A DNA stretch of 64,000 bases from Anthoceros angustus (taxonomy: Eukaryota > Plantae > Anthocerotophyta), in NCBI GenBank assembly GCA_010909165.1, contig MU008185.1, forward strand, positions 682,001 to 746,000, given 5' to 3'. Under the pieces are notes generated by a model that saw only the letters and a list, made by a program, of their open reading frames with translations, made no database searches and was not told the DNA's origin. Positions within the stretch are counted from its first letter, which is position 1; each line of letters starts with the position of its first letter. Positions 24,201-36,845 of this stretch are shown here, in pieces. The translations under genes and the position numbers were made by a program.

Positions 24201-25513
24201 ATCTGGTAATATCCTGTAGTCAAGTCTAGTTTAGAGAAGAGTTTAGCCCCTGCTAATTTTTCCAGCATCTCATCTATTCTAAGAAGTGGAAAACTATTAC
24301 GTCTGGTCAAATTGTTTAGTGCCTAGTAGTCAAAACACATTCGTAGCCCTTTCTCCTTTTTCTTGGCAAATAATATGGGTGCTCTATAAGGGGAATCTGA
24401 GGGTCTGATAAATCCTTTATCTAACAAAGTTTCCATATGTTTTCTTGCCTCCTCTAGCTCGAGTTGGGACGTCTTGTAGACTGGTCTGGCAGATGGCTTA
24501 TGGGTTCCCGACTCTAATTCAATATGATGGGATATGGATCTTTCAGGTGGGAGTCCTTAAGATAGTTCTTGCACAAACACATCAGAAAACTTATTTAGGA
24601 TGGATTGAACAGTGCTCAGTGTATGTGTGTACAACACTCATTTTTTGGTTCTCGCTAAACCACAAGAAAGCCAGTCGTTCCTTTCCTTCTAAGATCAGCT
24701 ATTAGTAAAGCTGTTGATACACACTCCACCACACAACTTTGTACAGAAGTTTTGGCCTGTATAGTGACCACGCCTTTTCCCTCCAAGAAATTGTACAATC
24801 TTATGTCTCCAGTTGATTTTGGGTTGATGTTTTTCCAACCAAGGCATACCAAGTATGCCATCACACTTCACCTTCAAAGAAGTCACTATGAACTGGGCTT
24901 GCTCCACATATGTTCCTACTTGCGTCTCCACTACTTCATTCAGGCTGGAGCTTGTAGCAACCTTATGCCCATCTGTGAAATACACCGGACCACACCCTGC
25001 CATTCTCTGGATGCCATGTTTTTGAGCGAATGTTCATGAGAGGAAATTGGTGCTTGCACCTGAATTAATGAGTACATGACCAGGATGACCGGCCATTAAA
25101 ATAGGAATTCTCAACAAAGTACCAACCTGGACAGCATGTAGTGCAGAGTACACGTGATGCCTCCGGGGAGCATTATCACGCTCGACCATATCCCCACCTA
25201 GGGTCGAGCTTACTCGTTTTCCAACCTCGCCCCGGCTTCTTGAATAGCAACAGTGTTGACTGTTCCGTTCGCTTAACTTGGTACTGAAGGAGTCCATCCT
25301 ACTCTTCTAGGTGATGTTGCACAAACATGCCTTCCACGTCCTCGGGCCCGTGTACTTAAACATGTAGATGCCATGTGACCAAAACGTCCACAATTGAAAC
25401 ATCGTCCTTGTAATTGTGCAACTCCTAGGTATATTGGTGTGATGTTAGGGGCAGGAGCTGATGAGGCTATCGTTTTATCTACTTGTCATGACAGAATTTC
25501 TAGCACTCGCTTG

Positions 25514-25733
25514 TGACAATTTGTGTCGAGCCTGCGATAGAGGCTGAAGCTACTAAAGCATATGCAAAGCAGAATGATTAACAATAATAGCAAAGCGTCT
25601 CATATACAAAATTGTGTAAGTACGTGTCTATTCATTCCAGGGTTACATCTATACTTAAATAACCCTTAACATAAGCTATGTATCTATCCCAAGTGACGTG
25701 GTTACAGTAACCCAGTCCGCTAGGGTTTCAACA
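25514..25733 (-). repeat. Copia 3' LTR
   Basis: 220 bp; about 11 substitutions versus 31363-31582, counted by eye. Confidence 0.95.
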
Positions 25734-28700
25734 CACCCCCTTAACCACGACACGCTAACAAACAAACATAGCTGGATAAGGACGATGACGGGAAGCCTCC
25801 ACGTCGCGCTATCAGTTTGCGCCCTGGCCGTAGCAATATTCCTCCTCATCAAGTACTGGGAGCAAGAGCAGAAGAACCAATCTCCCGTTGCCAGATTAAG
25901 GCCAGCAGCAAGTGGCGATTAAATAGCTAGGAAAGCTTCATCCGCCACAAACTGCCAACTGAAAGAACAAACGTGGGGTAACCAGAGGTGTAGGCTAACA
26001 GATCCCAAGCATGGATGACCTACGACTATGGTCCCCTAGTTAGTCTCCTACAAGGAGGATGAAGGAAGAGTGAGGTAATCCACTAGTCCCATCTGCTCTA
26101 AGTGAAATATGTGCTTAGCAGTAGGCAAGGGTTTTGTAAGCAGATTGGCTGCATTCAATTCTGTAGAAATATACTCTATCCTGACAACTTTTCTCTTAAC
26201 TGGATGACGCACGAAATGGTGCTGAATTTCTATATGTTTTGTGCGTGCATGGAAACGAGGATTCCCCACCAAAGCAATTGTGGACTGGTTATCACAGAAG
26301 ATGGTGATAGGCTCCGATTGTGAGAAAGTGAGCCCTTGGAGGAAACTCCTCTCCCATTCTGCCTCCTTGGCATAATCTATTAATGCCTTGTATTTCGCCT
26401 CAGTAGAGGACCAGGTCACTGAGACTTGCTTCTTCGAACTCCAATTGACAACTGCATCTAAGAGGAGGAAACAATAAGCAGAGAGACTCCGACGGCTATC
26501 AGGATCTATAGCCCAATCACCGTCAGCATAGCCTTGCAAGGTGACTGGTGAGGCTGATGAGTCCCCTCTGTAGCACAATCCATATGTTGAGGTTCCTTTA
26601 AGGTAACGCAGGATATGTATGACTCCCGTGCTCCTTGCGAGTTTTCCAAGAATCGAGAGATCGGTGACATGTTGAATGTCGAGACGAGTCCAACAACTAA
26701 TATAATTCAGGCACCCAATAGCATGGCGATAAGGAACTGCAAACATGGCCTCAATCTCTTCATCATCTTGAGGAGACTGCGCAGAGGTTAGTCTTAAGGT
26801 GACATTGCCAGGAGTGGAGACTAGTCTCGCATTTTCCAGGTTGAACCGTCGCAGAGTCTCATTTATATACTTGGTCTGATGCAGAACCAGTGTCTTGGTG
26901 CTTCGATCACGAAGAACTCCAAGCACAAAGGTGAGCTGCCCAATATCCTTCATATCATATCTTTTATGCTTTACCCAATCCGGGAGTTCACGACTGTCAG
27001 AAGCTACTATGGCATCATCCACGTATAGGGCTAATATGACAAGGTGGCCTCCTTTACAGTACAGGTAAACATTGGCATCGGCAGGATTCTGCACAAAGCC
27101 TATGGACTTAAGGTAAACGTCTATGTTCTTATACCAGTCACAAGCGCTTTGCGTGAGCCCGTATAGGGTTTTCTTTAGCTTGCATACCCAATCCGGATGT
27201 TCAGGTCGAAAAAGCCTTCTGGCTGAGACATATATATGTCTTCTTCCAACTTCCCATATAAAAATGTTGTGGAAACATCCATCTGTTCTAAATCCCAGTC
27301 TCTGGCTGGAGCTAGAGCCAGAATCATCCTGATAGATTGGGTTTTTACTACAGGGCTGAAGGTCTCGTTAAAGTCGATAATTGCAACTTGGGAGAAACCA
27401 CGTGCAACTAAGGGAGATTTGTAACGTGCTATTTGCCCATCTGCATTGAGTTTGTGCTTGAAAACCCATTTGCAACTAACTGCCTTGCGGCCAGCAGGTA
27501 AAGGGCACAGCTCCCAAGTTTCGTTCTTCATGAGAGAGTCAAACTCATTCTGGATAGAGGGAATCCAATGGTGCTTGTCCCTTCCAGTAATAGCTTCCTT
27601 ATATGTACGTGGCTCTAGAGGATGTGAGGTACTGCTACATTGCTGATTATTGGAAACAGCAGCAGCACGAGCAGTTCTCCAGTCAACTAAGTCCTTCTCT
27701 CCATTGATCTCAAGGAGGGTGGTGACGTGTAGGATACCTTCGTTCATGTTCTGGTGCTGGTTCATGTACTGAATTAGGGACTGGGATGAATTGGATGATC
27801 ATCATCAACTCCATATGCAAGCAGGGAATTAATCCTGATCGTCAACAGTATCGTCAACAGTGTCACCATCAGTGTCACCATCTTCAGCAATGTGATCCCT
27901 CCAGCAAGGTCAGCAAGAGTTCCTTCATCTGCAGGAGCATCCCCTTTAGCATTTCCTTCAGCACCCCCTTCAGCTACAGGATTCTGATTATTCTGGTTGT
28001 CTCCCCTTGAATCTGTAGTAGAAGGGAGATAAAAAACATCATGTGGATAGAAAGATGGTTCTTCGAAGACATGAGAGGAATCAAGGGCTGCAGAGGGGGC
28101 CAGGTGGGAGGAGGACGCGACACTAGCAGTTTGGGAATATTCCTTAAAAGACACGCTACGAGCAAGAACAGAACAATATGACAAGGGGTTATAAAGCTTA
28201 TAAGCTTTGGCTTCTTCCCCGTATCCGACAAAGACCATTGGCTTAGCTCTGTCTTGTAACTTCTTTCGCAGCTCAGAGGGTACATGTGCGTATGCAGGGG
28301 ACCCAAAAACTCCGAGGTGCATAATACTAGGTTTCCTTCCCCAGAGAACTTCATAGGGGGTCTGACCAGGTACGGCACTTGTAACGAGACGATCGATTCA
28401 GAATATAGGTGGCTGTGACGACTGCCTCGGCCCAGTAACTCTTGCTCAAGCCTGACCATTCCAACATGCTCCGCGTCATTCCAAGTAAGGTTTGATCAAT
28501 TTCATCGCTCTGCTACTCCATTTTGTTGTGGAGTGTAAGGAATATTCAGCTGCCTGACAATGCCTTGTGTGGCCAGGAGGTCATCAAAGGAGCCATTGAC
28601 GAATTCTGTGCCATTGTCCGAGCGCAGGCACTTAAGGAGACGACCTGTTTGACGCTGGATCATTGTGAGCCACTCTTGAAGTATGAGAAAAGTCTTAGAC

Positions 28701-31362
28701 TTCTTCTTCATTGGAAATGTCCACGAATATCTGCTGTAATCATCTGTCATGGTCAAATAATATAGAGCACCACCCAAGGAGGCTACATGGATCTTTCCAG
28801 AGATGTCAGCATGCACTAGGTCGAGAATATTAGAAGTCCTGAAGGCTGGCATAGTTGGAAAAGGTAACTCCTTCTGTTTAGCAACTACGAATGCATCACA
28901 CAGAGGCAAGTCCTTGAAACACTTGGGCAAGGGCTCCCTGTCCCAGACATCTTTACTAGTTTGTCCTTGTTCGCATGGCCAAGCCTGGCATACCAAAGTT
29001 GTGCTTGAATATTTTGTGGATGCTGAGCCATGTGCAAGCTTGGAGGTGGTCGACAAACCAAGTTCAATCTGTACAGGTCATGAGAGTGCACCCCTTTTGC
29101 CACAACCCGTGTAGGAGAACCTTTTATGGTGAGTACATAGCCGGTTGAAGTAAAGAGCAGATCAAAACATCGCAAACGCATAAGTGGTTAATTGATACCA
29201 AATGCTTGGCCATTGCAGGGACGTACAGCACATGGTTGAGTTGGAGCATTGTACCATCAGCCAGTTGGAAAGAACATGTACCTGTGCCATGAATCTTCGA
29301 GCTAGTATGAGAATGTTCATCACCTAACAACACTCTTTCAGCTGTACTCTTGGAAGATATGAAGTTGCTCATCAATGACTTGTTCTTGCAGATGTGGGAC
29401 GTGGCTCCCGAATCAAGGTACTAGCTGTCAAGGGCATGGGAAGATGTGGAGAGCCATACTGTCATTACCACGAGCTGCTTGCTGGAAATATTGGCCTGCT
29501 GCGGCTGTTTCTTGGTGACGGAGTTAGCCTCAACTTGTCTAGAGGTCTTCTCGGCTTTCCGTGGCTCACCAGATTTCTTCTGCCGGCATTCCCTTTCCCA
29601 ATGCCCGTGCAGTCCGCACCAGTTGCAAGTGCCAGATCGCTTGGGCTGCATTTGCTTGGAAAGTCCACTACCAGGGATGTTCTTATTCTGACTTTGTTGT
29701 TTTCCTTTTGATGTAAACAAAACCTTATCTGTTTTTGTGCGCCCAGATCCATGATGAGAAGGACTAGCTCGACTCTGTTCTTCCTGGAACAAGGCGCCTA
29801 CCACGTCCGTGAAGCTTATTGTAGTTGGTTGTCCTGCAGCTACTGCAACTCCAGCATCTCGAAGAGAAGCCCCTAACTGGAAACAAAAGGTTGGTAGCTT
29901 GGGGGCAAGTTGGTTAGGAGCTGAGCAACTGCATCCAGTTCACTCATAGTCGAGCCAAGTGAGATAAATTGAGCTCTGAGTTGTCGAAATCTCCCGATAA
30001 AGACTGCAGCTTTCTCACCTTCGGGCATCCGCAAAGAAAACAGCTCCCCTCTTACAGCACATAAGGTAAGAATGTTTTTCACTTCGTAGGTTTGTGCAAG
30101 TTGGGTCCAAATTTCCTCTGCTTTGGTCAAGTAGGCCACATCTGGAACCAACACTTCATCTAGGCCGCTTATCAGGAAAGCACGAGCCACACTGTTAGCG
30201 TTGTTCCATTTGTTTTTCTCAGTTTGAGTTGACGTGGAAATTGGCTGCTTGTAGGATCCAGACATGACGTTCCAGACGTGCCTGGCTTCAAGGGCTGAAA
30301 GCATCCGCACGCTCCACACCTCATACTTGTTGCCGTTGAAGCGGCCCTTCTCCTTGAAGTCTACGGCATATGTGGGTTGGGAATAAGGTGGTGGTGGAGA
30401 TGGCGGAGGCGGGGGCGCAGACAAGGCCATGCTTTAAAAGACAGTCAGAAGAGAAGGGGAATTGGAGCCTGGTAAGTGACTTTCGCTCAATGTCGCTTCA
30501 GATGAGCTTGGTGTCGCTTGCGGCCTCCCTTCCATAATTAACTGAATTTGTGCCCTCCTTCTGCTGAAAATGAAATGGGGCCTCCTATCACCTGCTATGA
30601 AGAGGCGTCGCCGAGCGACTGATGCGCCTCCTCGCGATCTCCTTCGCAGACGTGGCCCTGCAAGGGAAGAGACGCCTGGGCGCTCACAGCGGTTGAGAGC
30701 TGAGCCTGGCGCTTGGCGCGCGAGGCATGGTCTGCAGAGACACCTCCCGAATCAAGCAAGATCGCTCCAGCATTGTGATCACGTGAAGATAGTGGTGTTC
30801 AATCTCATCCACGCGCATCCTCAGATCTTGTAAATCTCTCAACTTGATTATGGCGCAGTCATCTGCTGAGGTGAGTGGATCCTGTCTTGCGTGCAAGTTG
30901 CAGTGACGCTCAAGGAATTGGGTCTGCTGCCTGGTGCAGAATCCTCCTGAAGAAGCTCTGATTTGTGGCTGAAATCTCCCTTAACGAGCTCCAAATTGTA
31001 GAGAAGGGAGTCGCGAAGCCACAGGGCGCTGATCTGAAAATTGATGGAGGAGGTCAGCCTGCCTTGAGGCCTGATTCCTGGAGCGCGATTGCCAACCAGG
31101 ACGTCGCCTCGGCATCTTCAAAGGTTCTTAGACCAAGTGGCTAGTTTTGCGCAGCGGAATCAGTGTAGTTTCCTTGTTGGTTGACAAAAGTCTAATTTTG
31201 TAATGCAAGCGGCGAGACCTTGCTGGGCACAGAATCCAGGGGCCATCAAAGATGATGGCTACTGAGTCATGAGCCCAGTTATAGGTCTTGCCACTGGCGT
31301 CTGCAACAAAAAAAAACGGAGCATAGACTAGTAGGATCAGAAACTAAGAAGCTCTGATACCA

Positions 31363-31582
31363 TGACAATTTTTGTCGAGCCTGCGATAGAGGCTGAAGCT
31401 ACTAAAACATATGCAAAGCAGAATTATTAACAATAATAGCAAAGCGCCTCATCTACAAAAGTGTGTAAGTACGTGTCTATTCATTCTAGGATTACAGCTA
31501 TACTTAAATAACCCTTAACATAAGCTATGTATCTATCCAAAGTGATGTGGTTACAGTAACCCAGTCCGCTAGGGTTTCAACA
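31363..31582 (-). repeat. Copia 5' LTR
   Basis: 220 bp, adjacent to the PBS. Confidence 0.95.
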
Positions 31583-34204
31583 GCTTGTACCATGGATGTG
31601 TCACAAGATGCATCATTGGTATCCGATGAGCCTCAATCCGTTCCGCCATCCTGATAACATCTTCGAGAGAATTTTTGTCAGCTCGGTTTTCACTTCTTCT
31701 ATCAAAACTCTCCGAAGACCCCTAACATAGCGATCTACTTGTTCTTGTTCTATCATTCCTGGGATAGCCAAAAGTAGTTGCATAAAGTCTTCCGTGTATT
31801 TCTCAACAGGGCCTCGCTGCACAAGACTAGCTAGTTTACCTTTGGCACTAACTCTTTGGGAATGAATTGTGCTTTCAACTCAACTACCAGTTGTTCAAAG
31901 GACGCTAAAGATGGCACAACTCCTTGCTGTACAGCCAGCCGATGGTGCCTCCACCACAAGGCTACTGTATTCTCTAAGAAAGAATCAGCGACATCTAATC
32001 TCAATGTTGTAGCCACATTAGACAATCGGAGGTATTGCTCCACCTTGTCGAGCCATTCTTCCAAAATGGCGGGATCTCTCTGTCCTCCGTAAAGTTTTGG
32101 TTTGGGAGGTTTAGATGTCCCTAATCCCATGCTTCCATGGCCATGTTGACGCAAGAGTTCTTCTGACAACTGCATAATGCGATGATTGTTCTGATACAAC
32201 TAATCAGTAGGTGAAAAATCCATGCTTGATTTTGGTGACCCCATCTTTCTTTACCACTAAGGCAGATCTGGTTCTCATCGTAGCAGTGCTCGCATGAGGT
32301 CGTTCAGTGTTGTCTAGGCCTATCGTTCCAATTGAGTCCAATCATCAGATTCGTCGCGCAACAGTATGGATTGGAGGATGCCGACTTGATGAAGTATTCA
32401 CGGCTCCCACTATGCGTGTTTCAACGGGGGATGTTCAGATGTCCAATTGGCTGTCTCAAATACACCCACTTTTTGTAGTGTCTGGCTACCGTCTCTTCGG
32501 AGGGATGGTAATGCAGACCCATACACATGGAGCGAGCTTGATCAATCGCTCCCCAGCCTTCGAGGCATGAAGAGCGCTTCTAAGTCTTATACTTGATTGG
32601 CCATTAGTGCCGCCCAGGCCTAGGCTTGGCGCTCATCCGGTCGTAAATTCAATGTGAATTCCAGCTCTTTGCAGAGGAAATTATATGGTTGGAGCTGTTC
32701 ATCCGTCCATGGCACAGCTTCTTCTTTGGCTGATGTTCCTCCAACATGCCTTTCACTGCAAACCACAAAAACACCGTGTCACGATAATGTTGAGTAAACT
32801 CGATCAGCTTGGAAATGTTCTTGTGCGAGAATCGTTGTTATCCTGAAGTTAGTGTCAGGAACCATAGCCGTTGCCTTCTTTCGGAAGTGATGTGAATTGT
32901 GAAACCGCACCAGTTAACAGCCTCGATCACCATGAAAGTTCCACAAACCTTTCCAATCTTGTAAGCTATATACTCACAGGCTAGTCGAATCAGCCAAGAC
33001 AACACCTATGATATCCTATACCAGGACAATATGCACACTTTCACACAACATATCTTTAGAGTAGTCAGGCAGTTCGTGGCCCTTTACATGGGCTAGCTAT
33101 TCTAATGATTGTGACATTGCAAGCTATAGTGGATCATAGCCATTCATACCCACGTGGTATGGTGGCTCCGATACCAACTGAAATGGGTAGCTTTATTCCC
33201 TATATACACACTGCCTCTCTGTGGGCCTCCTTCTGAATTTATATCTTCTGTGAGCACCATGTATTAGGTAAGTGGCTGTTAGTTTCAGTGCTATGTCGGG
33301 ACTCGTGTTTACCAAGTTAGTAAACCGGGATTCTCCTCCGTGTCCAAGTCGCGTCTGTGGCCACCCTATCCTATGTCATGATTATCCTAATATCTAATTA
33401 TTTATCCTATCTATATCTTGATTATGCTAATATCTAATAACTCTACTATTTCTGTTGTTGCACCTGCCCCCATGCCATGTATATGTACTATAGACCACGA
33501 AAACCAAACTGTCCATTTTCTCGAATCACAGAACTGAGCCACAAAGAAACACAAGCTAAAAGGGCTACTCATATGTTGAGATTAATTGGATTGTTGATGT
33601 TTGCTGGAAGATAGGCCGTGGAGTCCTTCACCATACGAAGACCCAATATTTACATGTGTATTCATGTCAGCCAAAATGTTAGCATAGTGGAGAAAGAAAT
33701 CAATAATGACATGCAATTTCCTATCAAGAAAATTCTTTGAGAAAAGAAGAAGAGCGAAAGAGCATAAAAGAGTACACAATTGCTTTAATTTATATTTATA
33801 ATAGAATGTTTATTGTTGTGTATATATTCTTGAGTTGAGTTCAGCGTTTAAAATGCTCACATGTTTCATTTCAAAATAGCAAGATGAATAATAACCTCTG
33901 TTGGAAGAATCAAATTTAACATTTAAAATAAAATCAAATAAGTTAGTCTGTAAATAGATTTTAGGTATTAGTATTTAATCAAAACTATTAATATTACATT
34001 GAATGAAAAATAGCATGCACAAATTTGCAATGCATAAGGTGGAATATTTATAATATTAACATGAGTAAATTTTATCGTATTTTATATATTATCTTGATGC
34101 ATATACTTCTATACAAAACAATATTTTGTAAAAAACTCTTGGGATTGCATTGTTTTCACAGCGTTTTTGGAGACTTTTATAAATATCTCAAAGTTACATT
34201 GAAG

Positions 34205-34665
34205 CCTCGCACAAGGGATTCATTTAGGAGTAGCCCCGTAGGCCACTTATATCAAGCGAGCTGGGGGATGAGGGCAAGAGCCCTGCACAAGGGATTTATT
34301 AAGGAGTAGCCCCATAGACCACTTATATCAATCGAGCTCGCATACCATGTGGGACGAGGGCAAGATGTTTACAACAAGCGGCCCATAAGGCTATGAAACT
34401 GGAGACGGGTGGCATCCCATCCTAGTATTGATCTGCCCCAAGGGCCCACGATTGTGGAGTTCGAATGAGCTCATATCTGGATGTCATCGTCATGATCATC
34501 ATGTCTAGATGTCACTCCTTGAAGGGAGGACCTCATGTTCGGATGTCATCGTCATGATCATCATATGTGGATCACTCCTTGAAGGGAAAACCTCTTGTCT
34601 GGATGTCATCATCATGATCATCATGTCTGCATGTCACTCCTTGAAGGGAGGACCTCGTGGGACAA
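34205..34665 (+). repeat. Two short arrays: ~76-bp x2 and ~60-bp x3 (GGATGTCATCGTCATGATCATCATG...CACTCCTTGAAGGGAGGACCTC)
   Basis: Directly visible; probably TE-derived non-coding sequence. Confidence 0.8.
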
Positions 34666-34769
34666 CTTGATAGCTTTGAGTGAAATAATAGTGAATCCAA
34701 TTTTAACCTACTTCAAAACTCTCATCAAGTATATTTTTGCACTTATATATTGTTAAGTGAGATAATAAG

Positions 34770-36233
34770 TTATTTTTTACTTTTACTTTTCTTCTGGCCC
34801 TGCTCTGCATCTGCTTTGCCACCCTTATCTTGAGCTTTACCCTTATCCGATGCCTTGCTTTTCTTGTTCTTCTCCTCTTTTGGGGGTGGTGCAACAACCT
34901 CTATCTTGTTGTCAAAGACATCCAACTCTGTAATCTCACGAAGTACTATGGCAGGATTTGGTACAGGCCATATCGGATCATGACGATAAAGTACATTAGG
35001 ATCATCCTCCACTGGATGTGCTTCATCCATTGCTATTGGTTCTACTTGTTGTGGTTGTGCCTTACTGCAGGGGATGAGTGGGAATGCAAAATGTGGACAC
35101 TCAAATTTACGCCATGATACATCTACCTTACCTAGCATGTCTAACTTTATAGCCAGATCATCTGAACCTGGAATGTTGTATTTTTCTTGCAACTCCTTAT
35201 AGGACTCTGGAAACAAGACAGTCCTAGCTAGTACTATAGCTGGATCTAATGGAAGCCGCATGTCAGCACGCATCCTCTGGAATTTACGTCGTTCTTTAAC
35301 TATTGAATGCAATGTTCCTAGTTGTCTTAGCATGTCTGCTTCCATATCTCGCATCTTAGCCCAAGCAATAATCTTTGCCACTAGACGCTCATGCCATTCA
35401 ATTCGTGCAGGTTCAGGCTCATAATATATGTAAGGATCTCGATGATAGTCTTTATGGTAGTAAGGCCGTACCATACCACAAAAGTTTTTTCTATGCCCAC
35501 CAAGGTCCCAAGGCTTTGTAAATAGTTGCTTGAGCTCAATACCTGCATAATAGCCTGCTTCATATTGATCCGACCACTCCGGCACGACGTCAGTACAACG
35601 GGAGAGCCACCTTGGCCGTTTCCATTTCCTTAAGGGCTTGTCCTCAGAATTGATCATTGCCATAAATGACGGACGATTATGCAACATAGTTATGGGTTGC
35701 CCATCTTCTCCAAAGCTTATAGAAGATCGACCCGCAATGTCCATGAGGTATTGTGATGCACGGCGAACCAATTGCGAGTGTCGAGGATGATCTGTGAGCA
35801 TGTGAGAGGCTCTCGTGGGAATAAAAGATTGCCGACGAGGCTCTCTATTCGGCATGGGATAATTAATCATAGTGGACATTCTTTTAGCCTTTTGGGTCTT
35901 GATTTGCTCTCGATCTAGTTGTTGGTTCATAGCTATAATCTTATGATGCTCCTCGTCCATGACACGCGATTGTCGAACTGCAGCATCAAGCACTTGTACT
36001 TGATGGATGGACCTTCTTACTAGGTTCACCTTTTCCAATTGTCGTTTAGACAATGGTTGGCTTGCTCCTGGAGCTGCCATAGACGAAAGTCTAGAAGGAG
36101 GGCGACTTGCTGTCATCACTGCAACACTGCGAGCTTCAGAGGCTGGCCTACTTCCTGCAGTACCAGGCCGGCTTCCAACGGGAGTGCTCATTGCCCCTGA
36201 ACTTGCTCCTCCACTACGATTTTGAGGAGCCAT
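34770..36233 (-). CDS. Intronless 487-aa protein of unknown function (Ser/Arg-rich N-terminus, Lys-rich C-terminus)
   Basis: 1464-nt uninterrupted ATG-started ORF in an AT-rich region, far longer than chance; no family recognised. Confidence 0.75.
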   Translation of the reverse strand: MAPQNRSGGASSGAMSTPVGSRPGTAGSRPASEARSVAVMTASRPPSRLSSMAAPGASQPLSKRQLEKVNLVRRSIHQVQVLDAAVRQSRVMDEEHHKIIAMNQQLDREQIKTQKAKRMSTMINYPMPNREPRRQSFIPTRASHMLTDHPRHSQLVRRASQYLMDIAGRSSISFGEDGQPITMLHNRPSFMAMINSEDKPLRKWKRPRWLSRCTDVVPEWSDQYEAGYYAGIELKQLFTKPWDLGGHRKNFCGMVRPYYHKDYHRDPYIYYEPEPARIEWHERLVAKIIAWAKMRDMEADMLRQLGTLHSIVKERRKFQRMRADMRLPLDPAIVLARTVLFPESYKELQEKYNIPGSDDLAIKLDMLGKVDVSWRKFECPHFAFPLIPCSKAQPQQVEPIAMDEAHPVEDDPNVLYRHDPIWPVPNPAIVLREITELDVFDNKIEVVAPPPKEEKNKKSKASDKGKAQDKGGKADAEQGQKKSKSKK

Positions 36234-36572
36234 ATATCTTAATAGCTTCTACTTACTCCTAATTTCATGATGCAAATATCACATCAAGATAGTTAGGAGA
36301 AGCAATGTGTAATCTGTTAGGGCTCCAGTTAGCCCAATGTACACTATCATTCGCTCCTTGAAAAGTAAAAGAACCCCAAATTTACATTGCACTGTTTTGC
36401 AAAATGAGCTACAATGAGATACTTTCTTGGAGTTCTATGATTATGTCTAAGACAACACACTGAATACTAGTGGTCACATATACCCATGACAAATATTGCA
36501 TAGATCACTTGTTGAAGAAAGTCCTTGGCGATAATTGATAATTTTGACGAAATGGGAATTATTGGCTCAAAA

Positions 36573-36845
36573 ATGGGTTGTGGAGGATCCCCTAAAGTTG
36601 AAGAGCAAGTTGTTGATGTTCCAAAACCGAAGAAAAAGAAAAAAAAAAAAGGAAAAGATAAAGCAGAGGACCTTGAATTACCTCCTCCAAAACCTAAAAC
36701 TGATATGGGTGTGCATACACCTCATGAGCATCAATGTGATGTAGCTCACCTGACAACACCAGCACATACTCATAGCCCATATGACGAAAAGATGGGAGAG
36801 AAGTACCACGAACTTCAAGAACAGAAAGAATTGGATGAGATATAG
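36573..36845 (+). CDS. Small MGCGGS-starting Lys/His-rich protein (90 aa), paralogue of the 38470 ORF; alternative in-frame ATG at 36552
   Basis: N-myristoylation/palmitoylation-type start; shares TDMG...H-x-H-x-C...H-x-T...SPYxEKMxE with the 38470 ORF. Confidence 0.65.
   Translation: MGCGGSPKVEEQVVDVPKPKKKKKKKGKDKAEDLELPPPKPKTDMGVHTPHEHQCDVAHLTTPAHTHSPYDEKMGEKYHELQEQKELDEI

Larger units (their letters stand above)
25514..31582 (-). mobile_element. Full-length degenerate Ty1/copia LTR retrotransposon with 220-bp LTRs and 5-bp TSD GCTTG
   Basis: LTRs 25514-25733 and 31363-31582 (TG...CA); TSD at 25509-25513 and 31583-31587; tRNA-Met PBS tggtatcagagc; PPT next to the 3' LTR; order gag (UBN2, CNWCGLHGHWEREC), protease (DSGATSH), integrase, RT, RNaseH, with frameshifts. 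Confidence 0.96.
22140..33460 (-). mobile_element. Degenerate Ty3/gypsy LTR retrotransposon (gag 31613-32199; protease ~24700-25130; RT/RNaseH ~23240-24440; integrase ~22140-23100), interrupted by a copia element
   Basis: gag KPKLYGGQRDP...WL..VEQYL; protease VLINSGASTNF; RT LDY.ALN..T..N.FPL; RNaseH AYFSKKL..A..NYSTHEKEAL; integrase VHMDFI..., DRDPRF.S.FW. tRNA-Met PBS (tggtatcggagcc, reverse strand) near 33164-33176 next to a putative LTR at ~33179-33460. Confidence 0.88.
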
